A stretch of 64,000 nucleotides of DNA. Origin: Paragordius varius (lineage: Eukaryota > Animalia > Nematomorpha). The number at the start of each line of letters is the position of its first letter. Position 1 is the stretch's first letter. A program made the translations under genes and the position numbers. The DNA lies in contig OZ176058.1 in the NCBI GenBank assembly GCA_964247055.1, positions 5,006,490-5,070,489 of the forward strand. The letters run 5' to 3'. Positions 26,805 to 38,925 of this stretch are shown piece by piece. The notes beneath the pieces were generated by a model. It was not told where the DNA came from, did no database searches, and saw only the letters and a program-made list of their open reading frames with translations.

Positions 26805-28620
26805 CAGTGGCGAAACTACGGGAACTAGGGGGAGCAGTGCGGAGGGGCCCTTTTTTGTAATATTAAATATGGCCCCCTTTCTATTTTGACTGAGGGTTTA
26901 AAATTTATTACCTTTTTTATTTACAGATATGTAAGTAATAATTGCCTGATTGTAAGTATACTGGCAAAGAATAAAGAGATTTATTGATTGAAAGGAAGAA
27001 AGAGCGAAAAAAATGCATTTTTTCACTATCTCAATAAGCGGTTTTATTACAACTTGATATTTAATAAACACCCTTAAATTCTCTTTAATAGACACCTTAA
27101 AAAAGTGAAATTAGTTAAAAAATAAATAAATGCGTATAGATAATTGGCAACAAAAATTAATATAGCTTATAATTTTCAAGTCTTAAATTATTTTGTTATT
27201 AAGATTTGTAGAATATAAATGTTATGGAGATTATTTTCTTAGTTTACCTTTGCAATTAGAAGTCATAGTACGGCTAATAGATTAAAAGGAGATATGATAA
27301 TTAATTTGATTTAAGTACAATCGATTGCCCTCTCCAGGATTTAAGTTCTCTGTTTTGTCTTTTACCAACTATAATTGGTCTTAAATTTTTAAATACTCAG
27401 TATATACCATTTACCGTTCAAATTCACCCTTGAACAATTCAATTCACCCTCGAACAATTCAAATTCACCTTTGAACAATTTAAATTCACCCTAAAAATAA
27501 ATTATGTATTTTCGAACTAATATAACTCCTTATTAATATGAAATATATGTTTATGTTATAGTTTATTATTTTTTCAGTATTATTTTAATTTAAAACAAAA
27601 TTTTTATTTTATAAAAAATATATAAAAATATTGGTAATTTTTAATCTTAAAAAGCATATATATTATTTGAGGACGAATTTAAATTGTTCGAGGGTGAATT
27701 TGAATTGTTCAAGGGTGAATTTGAATTGTTTAAGGGTGAATTTGAATTGTAAATCGTATATATATACAAATTCCTAATTGACTGTGTTTGCACGTGTTCA
27801 TTATGTGTGGCTGATGAGTCCAAAACAAGGACGCGCGTCTCAGACTTATTCACGTGGTAAACACTGTATTCTTTAAATTTTGGTTTCATAAAGCCACCTA
27901 TTGCTTGAAAGTACTATGACTTCTACAAAGTTAGACTAAGAAAATAATCTCCATAACATGTTTTATATTTAATATAAAGATGGCGTTTTCTATGTCCTAT
28001 ACGTGGAATTGTAAAATTTACAAATAAAATCTCATTTGCAATAATATATTGATATAGCGTAAAAATATATATGATATATAATGTAGTGTGAAAGACAATT
28101 TACATATTTTAAGCATTATGAGGAAATAGGTTCATCTAAATTTTAATATTATTGAGTTAAAGGAAGAAAAAGCAAAAAATGCAACTTTTTCACAATCCAT
28201 TAATTTTTAGCCATAATGATATTGTTTGTTTCTTTATTAATTTCTGGCAGTTTTAACAGTGAACAAAAAGGAAGGGAAAAATTAAAAACTTGATCAAATG
28301 GGTAAAAGATATAATTAGAAATTTGCTCACGCAAAATCGAGAAAACGTAATTTTAAAAGATTTTCTGATTAATACATGCGCATAATAAGTTATATAATTA
28401 TCTTAATACGTTAAGATTAAGGAATGGCGGTCGTTAGGGTGGGCGGGTGGACACTAACCATTATTTAATACTAGGAACGCAAAACACTTAGACTCAAGAT
28501 GGCAAGCCATGTAAATATTATTTTTTTAAATATAATATTAACGAATCTAAGTGAGGCCCCAGGTGAAAAGATAACTGCAAACGATTTTTTTGGGGAAAAA
28601 GGGGTTATAGTCCGCCACTG
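26805..28620. mobile_element. Non-autonomous hAT-like DNA transposon (1816 bp) with nested MITEs
   Basis: Termini CAGTGGCGAAACTA (26805) and tagtccgccactg (28620) are inverted repeats. The element is flanked by a perfect 8-bp direct repeat GTATGAGA (26797-26804 and 28621-28628), the hAT TSD length. No transposase ORF inside. Confidence 0.85.
27407..27756. mobile_element. MITE family A (TIR CCATTTACA..., subterminal 21-bp tandem repeats GGGTGAATTTGAATTGTTCAA, TA target site)
   Basis: Inverted termini and internal 21-bp arrays, flanked by TA. The homologous empty site is visible at about 960-975 and about 32430-32450. Other copies at about 6003-6287, 6515-6824, 9065-9330, 24363-24718 and 35716-35999. 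Confidence 0.85.
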
Positions 28621-28639
28621 GTATGAGACCGTAAAAATT

Positions 28640-29900
28640 CAATAAGGATTCCAGATATTCCCTGTTAAAAGGCAAAAATTTTAGTCAAGCGTTTCTTTGA
28701 TGATAGCTGCTGGGTCAGGAGATATCCGCTAAAAACTGACCCGTCATATCGAAATAGCGTGCTTTTGGGGCTAAATTTTAGATAACCTATCAGGCCAATG
28801 AGTTCGATCCCTGCTTAAAATATTACCCTTAAAAGGTCAAAAATTTGAGCGGATTTTTTAAAATAGCAGTTAAATAGGCCCTTTACGCCCTAAAAAATGC
28901 GCATCATTAAACTATTATTTAGTTTTGAAGCCGTTGTTTCATAAACTAATATGGATTGAATGATAATTCCAGGTATTCCCCTATTAAGGCAATTTTTTTA
29001 TCTAACTACACTTTTATATTGGCCTCTAGGTAGGGGGCTACCCGACTACAACTGCGCCATCATATCAAAATTGCGTTGTTTAGGAGTTAATTTTCAGAAA
29101 TCTTATCAGGCCATATAAGTTTTATAATGGCCTGAAATATTACCCGTAAAAGGCAAAAATTTATGTCTAGCGGTTTTTTAGCGATTAAATAGGCCCTTTA
29201 CGCCCTAAAAAATGCGCTATCATTGAAAAATTTAGTTTTGAAGCCATTCTTCCATAAACTATTCAGAACATATGGAATGAATGATGATTTCCCCTATAAG
29301 GCAAAATTTTTATCGAACGTCTTTTTTATATTGGCCTCTGGGTAAGGGGATACCTACCAACAACTGCGTTGCCATATCGATGCAGCATGCCTTTGGAGCC
29401 AAATTTAAGATAACCTATGAGACTAATAGGAACATATGGAATCCATGATAATCCAGACATTGCCCATATTAAGGCAAAAATTTTGCCCAACGCTTTTTTA
29501 TACCCCTGGGTAAGGAACTACCCGCCAAAAACTGCGCACTATATAGCAATTGCGTTGTTTTGGAGCTGATTTACTGAAACATATGAGCTCATTAAAAGCT
29601 TGAAATATTAACCGTAACTAGGCAAAGAAGGTCAGTTTTTTTATTAGCCGTTAATTCGGGGCTCTTATCCCCTAAAAATACGCAATCAATAACGTTTACT
29701 TAATGTTGAGGTATTTTTTCGAATGACCCATAAGACGATGGTATCAAAGATAATTCCAAATATTTTCTATAAAGGCAAAAAGTTTAATTTAGCGCTTTTT
29801 CCATATCGGTCTATGGCTAGGGGTCTACCGGTTTAAAACTGAGACGCCATACAAAAATGGCGTGGGTTTGGACCTAGTTTTAAAAAATTAGGAAGCCATA
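28640..29900. repeat. Diverged tandem satellite, about 8 monomers of about 150-170 bp with alternating subtypes
   Basis: The anchor TATT.CCC...AAGGCAAAAATTT recurs at about 28656, 28821, 28975, 29138, 29289, 29458, 29606 and 29761. AATAGGCCCTTTACGCCCTAAAAAATGCGC is repeated exactly at about 28874 and 29189. Confidence 0.75.
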
Positions 29901-31111
29901 CCCAATCTCAAAAATAAAGCTTTGCACGTTTCACCCAATAATTGCTTATGTCTTTTTATACTAAGATCCTTGCTGAATAAAAATTATTTGTTAACATTGT
30001 TAAAATTTAGTGTACTTGAGGCCTTTATACTATTAAGCTCGCTCAACAATATTTTGAGGCTATATTCGCCAAAATTATGAGATCATAATAAATTGAATAG
30101 GAGTGCAGATCGCGAATGAAGGCCATAAAATTTGCTCCGAGATTTACGCTAGTTTTATATAAAGTAATACAGATAACATTTAAAATAATACCTATATATG
30201 ACCTGCTGTAGAACTATATACAACCATAAATACTTGTAATTTAAAATAAAATATAGTCAATATTCAAATAATTAATCACACACATAAATTTATTGAATTA
30301 ATAAATGCACAAATTAAGTGGCCAATATATATTACATTAAAGGAAAATTTTTCTGAACATGATAGAATATAAAATATTGATTTTATATATAATATTTGGA
30401 TGAACACCAAAGCCAATAAGCGATTAGACTGGGAAGGTTAACGTAAAAATCGTAACAGCTCGGATCGCAAATATGAACTAATAATACCAGAAAAAGACAA
30501 ATTAGTATGAAATAATATTATATATATTATATAAGATGTATATTTAAATCAACCCTTAATAGATTATCATTTTGATCTTTAAAAAAAACCTGGAATTGCA
30601 TATTCACAGTTGCCTTTATAATTTTGATGTTTTTATATAAGCCTTTAGTATATTGAAGGTAAAGTAACAATTAATCATACTTTTAAATCTTGATATTTTC
30701 GACATAAATTATTTAATTACGTATGTAAATATATAAGTGATGTTACCATATTTAATTTTTATTTCGTAATGCAGTTTAAAACTTAATAAAAAAATCAAGT
30801 TGGAGATTTAAAAAATTTGTTTTTATTTTATTTTTTATTTGCTAATTTTACCGTATACAATTAAAAAAGGTTAATTATTGGTGCAGCCACGTCTCTATAA
30901 TCGGTCGGAATCTCTAATAAATGCTAATTACATTTTAGCACAATATGTTTTAGCTTTCTATTAAAAGAACAGGTAAACTTTTATATAAATATTGATATAA
31001 ATAAAAGATTAGAATGATAATCATCCTCTGTTCTTAGAAAATAAATGTGTAATTAGACTAATTGATGTCATACAATCAAAACATACAATATCGAGAAATT
31101 AATTTTAAGAA

Positions 31112-31117
<6 letters not shown>

Positions 31118-31162
<45 letters not shown>

Positions 31163-31180
31163 TTATATATTTATATATAT
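31118..31180. repeat. Interrupted (TA)n microsatellite
   Basis: Directly visible. It explains the YIYIYI ORF 31062..31268. Confidence 0.95.
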
Positions 31181-31502
31181 GAATAAACATTTTGACCGAC
31201 TTTTATATTTTAAGATTTTAGTGGTCTTTACAAAACATCGCGGATCCTGGTTTAAAATCTTATTCTGAATTTTTTGTTTTTTTATCTAGATACTTAAAAT
31301 ATTGGTATACATGAGGCTACAATAAAATTACAAGTATTTTATATTCAAAAGGCGCAGAAAACTAAAATATTAATAATGATTTCGGAAACTTAATTTTAAA
31401 ATTGGGTTTAATAATGGTAAAATATCCATAATATTAGACCTATACACGATTCGCATTTTCGATGAATCATTTCAGAATTATTATTAAGAAAACATGCATA
31501 TT

Positions 31503-34500
31503 TTAACAAAAAAACTTGAAAACAATTACATCAAAGCTTATGGGTGCGGGAGTGCCTGTCATGGGGCTAACGAATACAAAGTTGAATCCTGTATAATTTG
31601 CGGGCACTGTAGTATTGCTTTGTAGTGTAAGAGTCTTCATTGCCGCCATCATACCTTCAGTTGCCACTGTGCCGATAGGGTCTGTTGTAGTTATTGTGGC
31701 AGGCGTACCGCCCATAAAATTGGCCCCTTAACAACAAAAAGATGCTAAAATTCATTTAAGATTCATAATTTTGTGTGAACTAATCAGAAACAGCAGAAAA
31801 TAGAAATTAGAATACAGACAAAGCGTTATCGTATGTAGACAAATATTTTTTTTAAAAACACCGCTCTACTATTTGACACTTAGTTATTTTAAAGAATAAC
31901 TCGTGCTTTAAATAGAGATGCAAATTGATAACAGAATCAATGAATCCAATTAATAAAAAAATTAACATAAATGACCCCGGAAGACGCCATCTTTATATTT
32001 TATAACGACATAATATGGAAATTATTATTATTAGCCTACCTTTGCAATTAGAAGTCATAGTATTTCCCATTAAACAATAGGTGCCTGTATAAAGTAAATT
32101 TTATGATGTGTTTACAAAGTGCAAGGCGTCTTATCCTTGTTGTGGACTCATCATTTACCTATAATACGGGCTAACTGTCGCCTTAAAATTTTCGTTCCCT
32201 ACAGCCAATTGCTTATAGGAAATACTATAACTTCTAATTGCAAAGGTAGGCTAATAATAATCCTCATATTATGTCGTTATTATATGAAGCGCCATTTGTT
32301 ATATGCTCTATCTTAGCTATAAATAAAAAGAGATCTGATATTTAGCTTGATCTAAGTATCGGTCGCCCTCTCTGGGCCTTAAGTTCTCTGTTTTCTCTTT
32401 CACCAACTATAATTGGTCTTAAATCTTATACTCAGTATATATACAAACTCCTAACTGACAGTATTTGTACGTGTTCATTATGTTTGACTAATAAATCCAC
32501 AACAAGGACGAAACACGTCTCACCCTATGACACGTGGTAAACACTGTCTTAAAATTTTCGTTCCATACAGCCACCTATTGGTTGATAAGAAGTACTATAA
32601 CTTCGCAAACGTAGGCTAATAATAATTATTTTATATTTCGTTTTTAAATTACAAATAGTTAAATCGTTTATATAAATTAGGGATTTAAATAGTATGGCTC
32701 TTTTAAATGATCTTTATGCACGCTTTATCTGCATAATTAGAATTTTTGTTGTAGTTTAATTCGATTATTAAAGGACGATAACTAGTTTCGGTTCTTTATA
32801 TTTTTCGTTCTAAAGCCGGTTATTTAAAAAAGCTGTTTTAAAACGGTTAATAAAATTCAAAACTTACATTTTTTGGCTACAGAACTTGTTATTTAAATGG
32901 TTCCGATCATTATCCAGTCATATAATTAATATTCCAAAACATTAACATGTAAGCACTTTTTATTAATTAAAATTAGTTAATAAATTCAACAAACAATTGG
33001 AAAGTGTAGATTAAGCATTAATACCTAATTTCTATATCTACAAGGATTACAACATGATGTTCATACGTCAAATTGCATAAACTGGTTTTTATATCCTTCA
33101 AAATGAAATATTAATAGTTATATCAGATTATTATGAATTATTACATAAGAGTGTAACAATACTTACTTTGCCCTAGTAAATTAAAAAAACTTGGTCTACA
33201 CAACTAATATTAAAACGGTTTTTTTTTAATTTTAAATCAATAAAATTAATTTTAGCATATGTATCAATAGGTTTCGATATTAATAAGGCTTATAAAATGG
33301 AAAATGTAATTTTTAATAAAATACGTATTTGGGACTTTGATTAACAAAAATTTTTGAGTTAAATTGCATTTTTACACTAGCTTTGTAACATAAAAAACAA
33401 TAAGTGTTTTAATAAAATTCATATATGAACTAAAAATAATTATAATTAAGTCTAAAAATAATTTTTTTTCAATGTTTTACTTTAAAAACTCAGGTTTGAA
33501 ACAGTATGTTTTTAAATACGGAGATCTGAACCGTATTTCGGCCAAAATTCATTACAAAACTATTTAAATAAACAAAACTGAAATGGATTTTTATTTAAAG
33601 AAGTTTTCACTTTATTATGTCAAAGCTTAATAAAACACAAGGGATGGAGTGAATAAAAAAAGGGAACTTAGTTCCTTAACTTTTTTAAGAGATTCCTTAA
33701 TTTGGATAGGTAGACTTATATCGGTTTTAAGCATGTTTGGTTTAAGAAAACTCGAGAGTAAACAGATGTGTTTTTCAGATATATATTATAAGGAAACCCT
33801 TTCTTTGAAAAAATGATCATAGGAAACACTTAAAGGGTTTCCTTTTTTTATTCACTTAACCCAAGCTAAATTATGTATTTTATTTAACTAAATTTTAATT
33901 TGCCAACAATACATAGATAAATCTACATTTGCCCTCAAAAATAATCGTTAAATATTGTACTTAATTGATTTCCACCAAAGAGTGCCACACCCAGTGTAAA
34001 TTGACACGGCATGTTAGCAACTTTATTGAATGTTAATATGGCAGCCCGGTCCGCAGTGAATTCTAAAATACATTTAATGAAATATAATATGGTGAAAATA
34101 CAGTAAAAATATTATACGGGCAAAACGTCAAAATATAAGGACAATTTTTTTAAAAGACAACTATACTTTTACAAACCCAAATTTATCCTAATAAAAACAT
34201 TTTATAACAATCGTAAAATACGTAATTGATAGTACTGCTAATTATCAGCTCTATTCTATACTTTGTAGTTTGAAACAATGTGTTATATTTTTTAAAAAAA
34301 TTAAGATTTAAAAAGTATGGTTGTATTAAAAAAAATATTTGTCTATGTATTACCTTTTGTCCGTATAATTTCAATTTTTACTGTATATATACAAAGAGCT
34401 ATCGAGTATCAAACATAAACTTTGTACATGCCATAAAGCCTTTCCTAATAAATATTTAATTACTAACACATTGTTAGGATGCTTTTTATTAAAATTTAGA

Positions 34501-35434
34501 TCCAATTTTCGGTATAAAAGTTCTCAAAACTTTTCATTTTGTGTTTTTATTACATTTAATCTGATTGCCGGGCGTGTAAATGTATTAATATCTCTAATGT
34601 ATCTAAATTATTCCCTTTTGATGTGCAAAATTCAAGGTGTCACTATTTTAAATTATTAAATGTATTATATACCCTAATTTTATTTAAGAAGTTTTATACT
34701 AAAATTAGAAAAATTGGTAGGATAACCTATTTTAAATGAAAAAAGTTGTGTTAATTATAATGTTATTTATATTTAGAGATGAAATATATTTTTTCAATCA
34801 TTGCTTTTAAATTGTAGACATATCTTTCTCATAGATTGGGCTTATTAAATTATTAATTTTTAAGCCTATTTATTATTTGATTATATAATTTGAAACATAT
34901 TTGAAAATTAATAGATTAATTATAACATATGGAAATGTCCCAAAAAATTTGAATCGAACAAAATATAAAACTATATAATCAAAAATTTATTAAGAAATAC
35001 TCTAAATTATGTTAGGGTGAGCACAAAAACAAAAAGGATTATTTATTAAGGTAGAAACCACCAATGTTTAAATTTACGGTGCATAGACGCTTTTGTCAAT
35101 CTTAATGTTACACTATGGTAAAATTACGTGGTCTATAAACCAAGGTGAGTTTTATTCAAATATTGTCTATAAACTAAACGTATATAACTTATATAATACA
35201 GGTCAAATAAGTTTACGGAACAGTTATTAAGGTAAATTTATTATAATAAAATACATAAAGTACGTATTGGTATCTAATTATATGTGATTATGTTCAAAAT
35301 ATAATTACCTCCAAAAAAAGACCTATATTCAGTGGTTGGAACAAGCGAAGCTTGTGGTTCCATAGGACCAAACTCAAGAATATCCATGTTATTCCCAATA
35401 AATAGGCAAGATTGGAGAAGGTTTCTCGAAAATC
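31503..35434 (-). CDS. Distant third member C of the secreted family, 5'-partial; complement(join(31503..31726,33961..34062,35309..35434)): xFSRNLLQSCLFIGNNMDILEFGPMEPQASLVPTTEYRSFFGEFTADRAAILTFNKVANMPCQFTLGVALFGGNQLRANFMGGTPATITTTDPIGTVATEGMMAAMKTLTLQSNTTVPANYTGFNFVFVSPMTGTPAPISFDVIVFKFFC
   Basis: Three GC-richer islands with AG/GT ends. The 126 and 102 bp exons are symmetric phase 1. Motifs align with A/B: CLFIGNNMDI vs CAVTLNGTDI, and DRAAILTFNKVANMPCQFTLGVALFGG vs DVALIITAGADVCTATLNVYTFNG. The signal exon was not found, and the last exon could splice out at GAT|gtaatt. Confidence 0.65.
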
Positions 35435-35715
35435 CTTAATTTTATATAAAAATATTCTCATTTAAATATATAGGGACGTATACTTTTTTTATAATATTTT
35501 TTATTGTATAAATTTATATAGATTGTTGATCTTTAAATATTATAAACATCCTCTTAATGTTTGCAATATAATTAGCAATTGATTTGGGAATTTGGATGGT
35601 AATGCAATGGTAAAAATAGTAGGTGTTTTATTATTTTAAACAATAAAAAATTACATATAAAATGTAAAAATTACAAGACAATAATCTTTTTGGACAACCG
35701 TAATTTTTTAATATA

Positions 35716-35999
35716 CCATTTACACTTCAAATTCACCCTAATTCAAATTAACTCTCAAACAATTCAGATTCATCCTCAAATAAATTATTTTTATAAGATA
35801 AAAAATTATTTTTTTTATATATTTTTAATTATTATAATTTTGTTTTAAAATAAAATAATACTGGAAAAATAATAAACTCAATAAAGTTCATATTAATGAT
35901 AATTTATATTTAGTTTGAAAACCATATTTTATTTTTAGGGTGAATTTGAATTGTTTGAGGGTGTTGAACTGTTAAAGGGTGAATTTGAACTGTAAATGG
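35716..35999. mobile_element. MITE family A copy
   Basis: Starts TACCATTTACACTTCAAATTCACCC and ends GGGTGAATTTGAACTGTAAATGGTA. Confidence 0.8.
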
Positions 36000-37509
36000 T
36001 ATACAAACATTTCTATTCCCTCAGCATAAACAATAAATTATTTTATTTAAAAATCAAAATTAAATATGGAGTTGAAAAGGTAGTTTTATGTTATTTCTGT
36101 ATAACATCCATTTTCAATGTATATCCCTTTTATTATGTAAAAACACGGATTAAGCCGGGGAGTTATAGAAAACATTTAAATTATACGGACAAGTTGTAAA
36201 AATATAACGACAATTTTTTGCTCAAAAGACAACCATACTTTTTTTACTTTTAATTTTATCCTAAAAATCATTTAAGTACAATTACAATCGTTTATAGATT
36301 GATTGTGTTACCAATTGACATTATTATTTACTTTGCAAATCAAAACAATCAATTCATATTGCAAAAATTATGATTTAAAAAGTATGGGTGGTGGTCTTTT
36401 AGAGAAAAATATCTGTTTTTACAGTAATATACGGACAAAACTAATAATATTACAAAAAATTTTTTTTTCAAAAGACAACCACACTTTTTCAAACCCTAGC
36501 TTATCCTACAAAACATTTTATAACAATCGTAAAATATGTAAATAATTGTATAATCAATATACATCTCTATTTTCTACTTTGTATATATAAAAAAATCAAG
36601 ATTAATAATGTATGGTTGTATTTTAGAAAAAAAATGTTTGACTTTATATTTTTACGTTTTGTCCTTATAACTTTAATTTTTACTGTATATTTATAATGTG
36701 TGTTTGGATACCATAATAAATATAGTTGCCAAATTGGAAGATTAGAATGGTTTAAATAATAGTTTTTGTGTTATAAAATATATGACAAATGCCCATTTAT
36801 ATAAATCATTTCAAGACGGAAAAATTCTAATATAAAAGTATGTTGTATATCGAGTTTCATAAAATGAGAATTGTCAATATATTTTAAATAAAAATAGCAG
36901 AATTAAACGGCTGGTTTTTAGCCAAGTTTAATTTTTTATAATCTTTCATTTTTATTTGAGATTGCATATAGAGTAAAATAAAAATTTTAACTTGTCATAT
37001 ATTTTTAGAAGCGTCGAATAAATTTCAATTTCAAATTATTTACCTATTCTATTATACCAAGGTATTCTAATCTCATTAAATAGCGTTAGAAAAGTAATTC
37101 AGGCACTAAATTTTTTTTAATGCGGTTATTAATTAACTACGTTTTTATTTAAGGTTAATATACATAGGTGTAGATACATAAGACATAAACTTTTGTTAGT
37201 AATAATATTACAATAAAAATGATATTTGAATAAAGACAAATATTCATAGAATAGCCTAACTTGCCTTGATTTTTTATTAAAATTTACAGTTTTACAATAT
37301 TGATTGTGATTTATGCATCTATATTTCATACTTCCAATTAACTATGAGTCGTAATTGATCAGAGCTAGAAATGTATGCCAGTTTTTTTAAAAAAATGATC
37401 CTTTAAGTAAGTTTGTTGGTAAAATTTTAATTTTTACTGTAATAATTTACACTTATATTTTAATTTACATGTATTGGTAATTTTAAATAATTAGTATACC
37501 TGTTAAGGC

Positions 37510-37906
37510 CTGGCACGACTGGGCAGAAAGCAGTATCACAATGCAAGTGAATAAAATATACTTCATGTTTAATTTTTAAAATTTGTTTATAATGCAACAA
37601 AAAAAATATTAAAGTTTTTTGGAATTGCGCCCGCTTATATAGAAAATTTGTGACCTATAAAAAACATTTTAAGTGTTGAACAACATTGGGTAAATGACAT
37701 TTAATAAGGTCTTAAAACCATATTAATCAAGTAGGTATCAATTGTCACTTCCCTCTTTTATAATATTGTCTTTTATAGATCTTTAAAATATATTTATTTT
37801 AATAAGTTAAAATAGGTTAGTAGGTTTTTACTTTTCAAAGTTTTATTAAAATTAACAAGTATCAATTACCAAAAATATATTCGAAAATGTATATAGCAAA
37901 GAAGAG

Positions 37907-37915
<9 letters not shown>
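37510..37915. repeat. Dispersed repeat of about 400 bp; direct copy at about 58190-58565
   Basis: Colinear shared motifs GGCAGAAAGCAG.ATCA.AATGC, GCGCCCGCT, CTATAAAAAACATTTTAAGT and TAGGTATCAATT..CACTTCCCTCT. Both copies end in a TA-rich tract. Confidence 0.7.
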
Positions 37916-37985
<70 letters not shown>

Positions 37986-37995
37986 TATATATATA
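37908..37995. repeat. Interrupted (TA)n microsatellite
   Basis: Directly visible. It explains the YIYIYI ORF 37866..38096. Confidence 0.95.
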
Positions 37996-38794
37996 AATGT
38001 TGGCTCAAATACATAAATATTATACACAAAAATGAATATTTTTAAGACAACATAAAATTTGGTTATATATTTAGCATCATTCAACGAATAAACCAATTAA
38101 CTACCATATGCGAAAAATGGAATCTATAATTTGCAAATACATGCTCATTAGTCTTTACAAATAGCAAGAACGAGAAAAATTATTACAATTGGGTTTACAT
38201 TTTCAAACTATGTTAATCTAACAAATTTTATATATTATTGTTCGAATATTGCGGCCCTTTTGGAGCTAAAAATATAAAAGCCCTTTTTACTGGATAACCC
38301 TGATTTAAATAATTGTCTTAACTTTAAAATTTGGCAATTTTATATAATTTGACATTTAATACACACATTGTGTTAAATATATTCGTCGGGTATATGATAA
38401 ATAAATGCGTAACGTAATAACTATACCTTTTTATTATCATAATGCAAAACGACTGATCATTTTATATGCATCAATATACATTGTGCACAAAATCGGGATG
38501 TATGGAAAATATCCAGTAATTGGAAATATACGGACAAAACGGGAAAATTTATAGATAAATATGTTTTTCTAAAAGACAACCATACTTTTTTAATCTTATT
38601 TTAAGTATAGTGTTTTAAACTGCCAAATAAGAATTTGATATATATTCGGTAAAACAATTAATTATATATTTTACAATTATAATTAAATAATTTATATAGA
38701 GGGCTAAAAAATATGGTTGTCCTGATGAAAATATTCGGCTATAAATGGTCAAACCCTTTAATAGGGCAAATTTTTTTACAGCCAAACATTTTAA

Positions 38795-38925
38795 TAGGAT
38801 TATTGAGTTTACTTATTATAAAATTTTAAAAAAATGAAAAAGCTTTTGGTTAGCCTTTAATTAGGATTATTGAGTTTACTCATTATAAAATTTAAAAATA
38901 TTAAAAAGCTTTTGGTTAACCTTTT
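38795..38925. repeat. Two-copy tandem duplication, period 67 bp
   Basis: TAGGATTATTGAGTTTACT..AAAAGCTTTTGGTTA occurs at 38795 and 38862. Confidence 0.85.

Larger units (their letters stand above)
14700..28258. repeat. Right arm of the large degenerate inverted duplication (with private insertions at about 19830-25860)
   Basis: Mirror blocks 14810-14970, 15055-15130, 15540-15660, 16600-16800, 17390-17600, 19380-19830 and 25860-28258. Confidence 0.8.

Noticed and set aside
35078-35112. 35-bp candidate exon (VTLRLTKASMH or CNIKIDKSVYAP) for gene C
   Set aside because: Its phases are incompatible with the neighbouring phase-1 exons, and the 35309-35434 exon already supplies the homologous CxxxxNxxDI motif.
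31062-38096. YIYIYI-type and other F/I/L/K-rich short ORFs in the track
   Set aside because: These are products of (TA)n microsatellites, MITEs and extreme AT content, with no splice or homology support.
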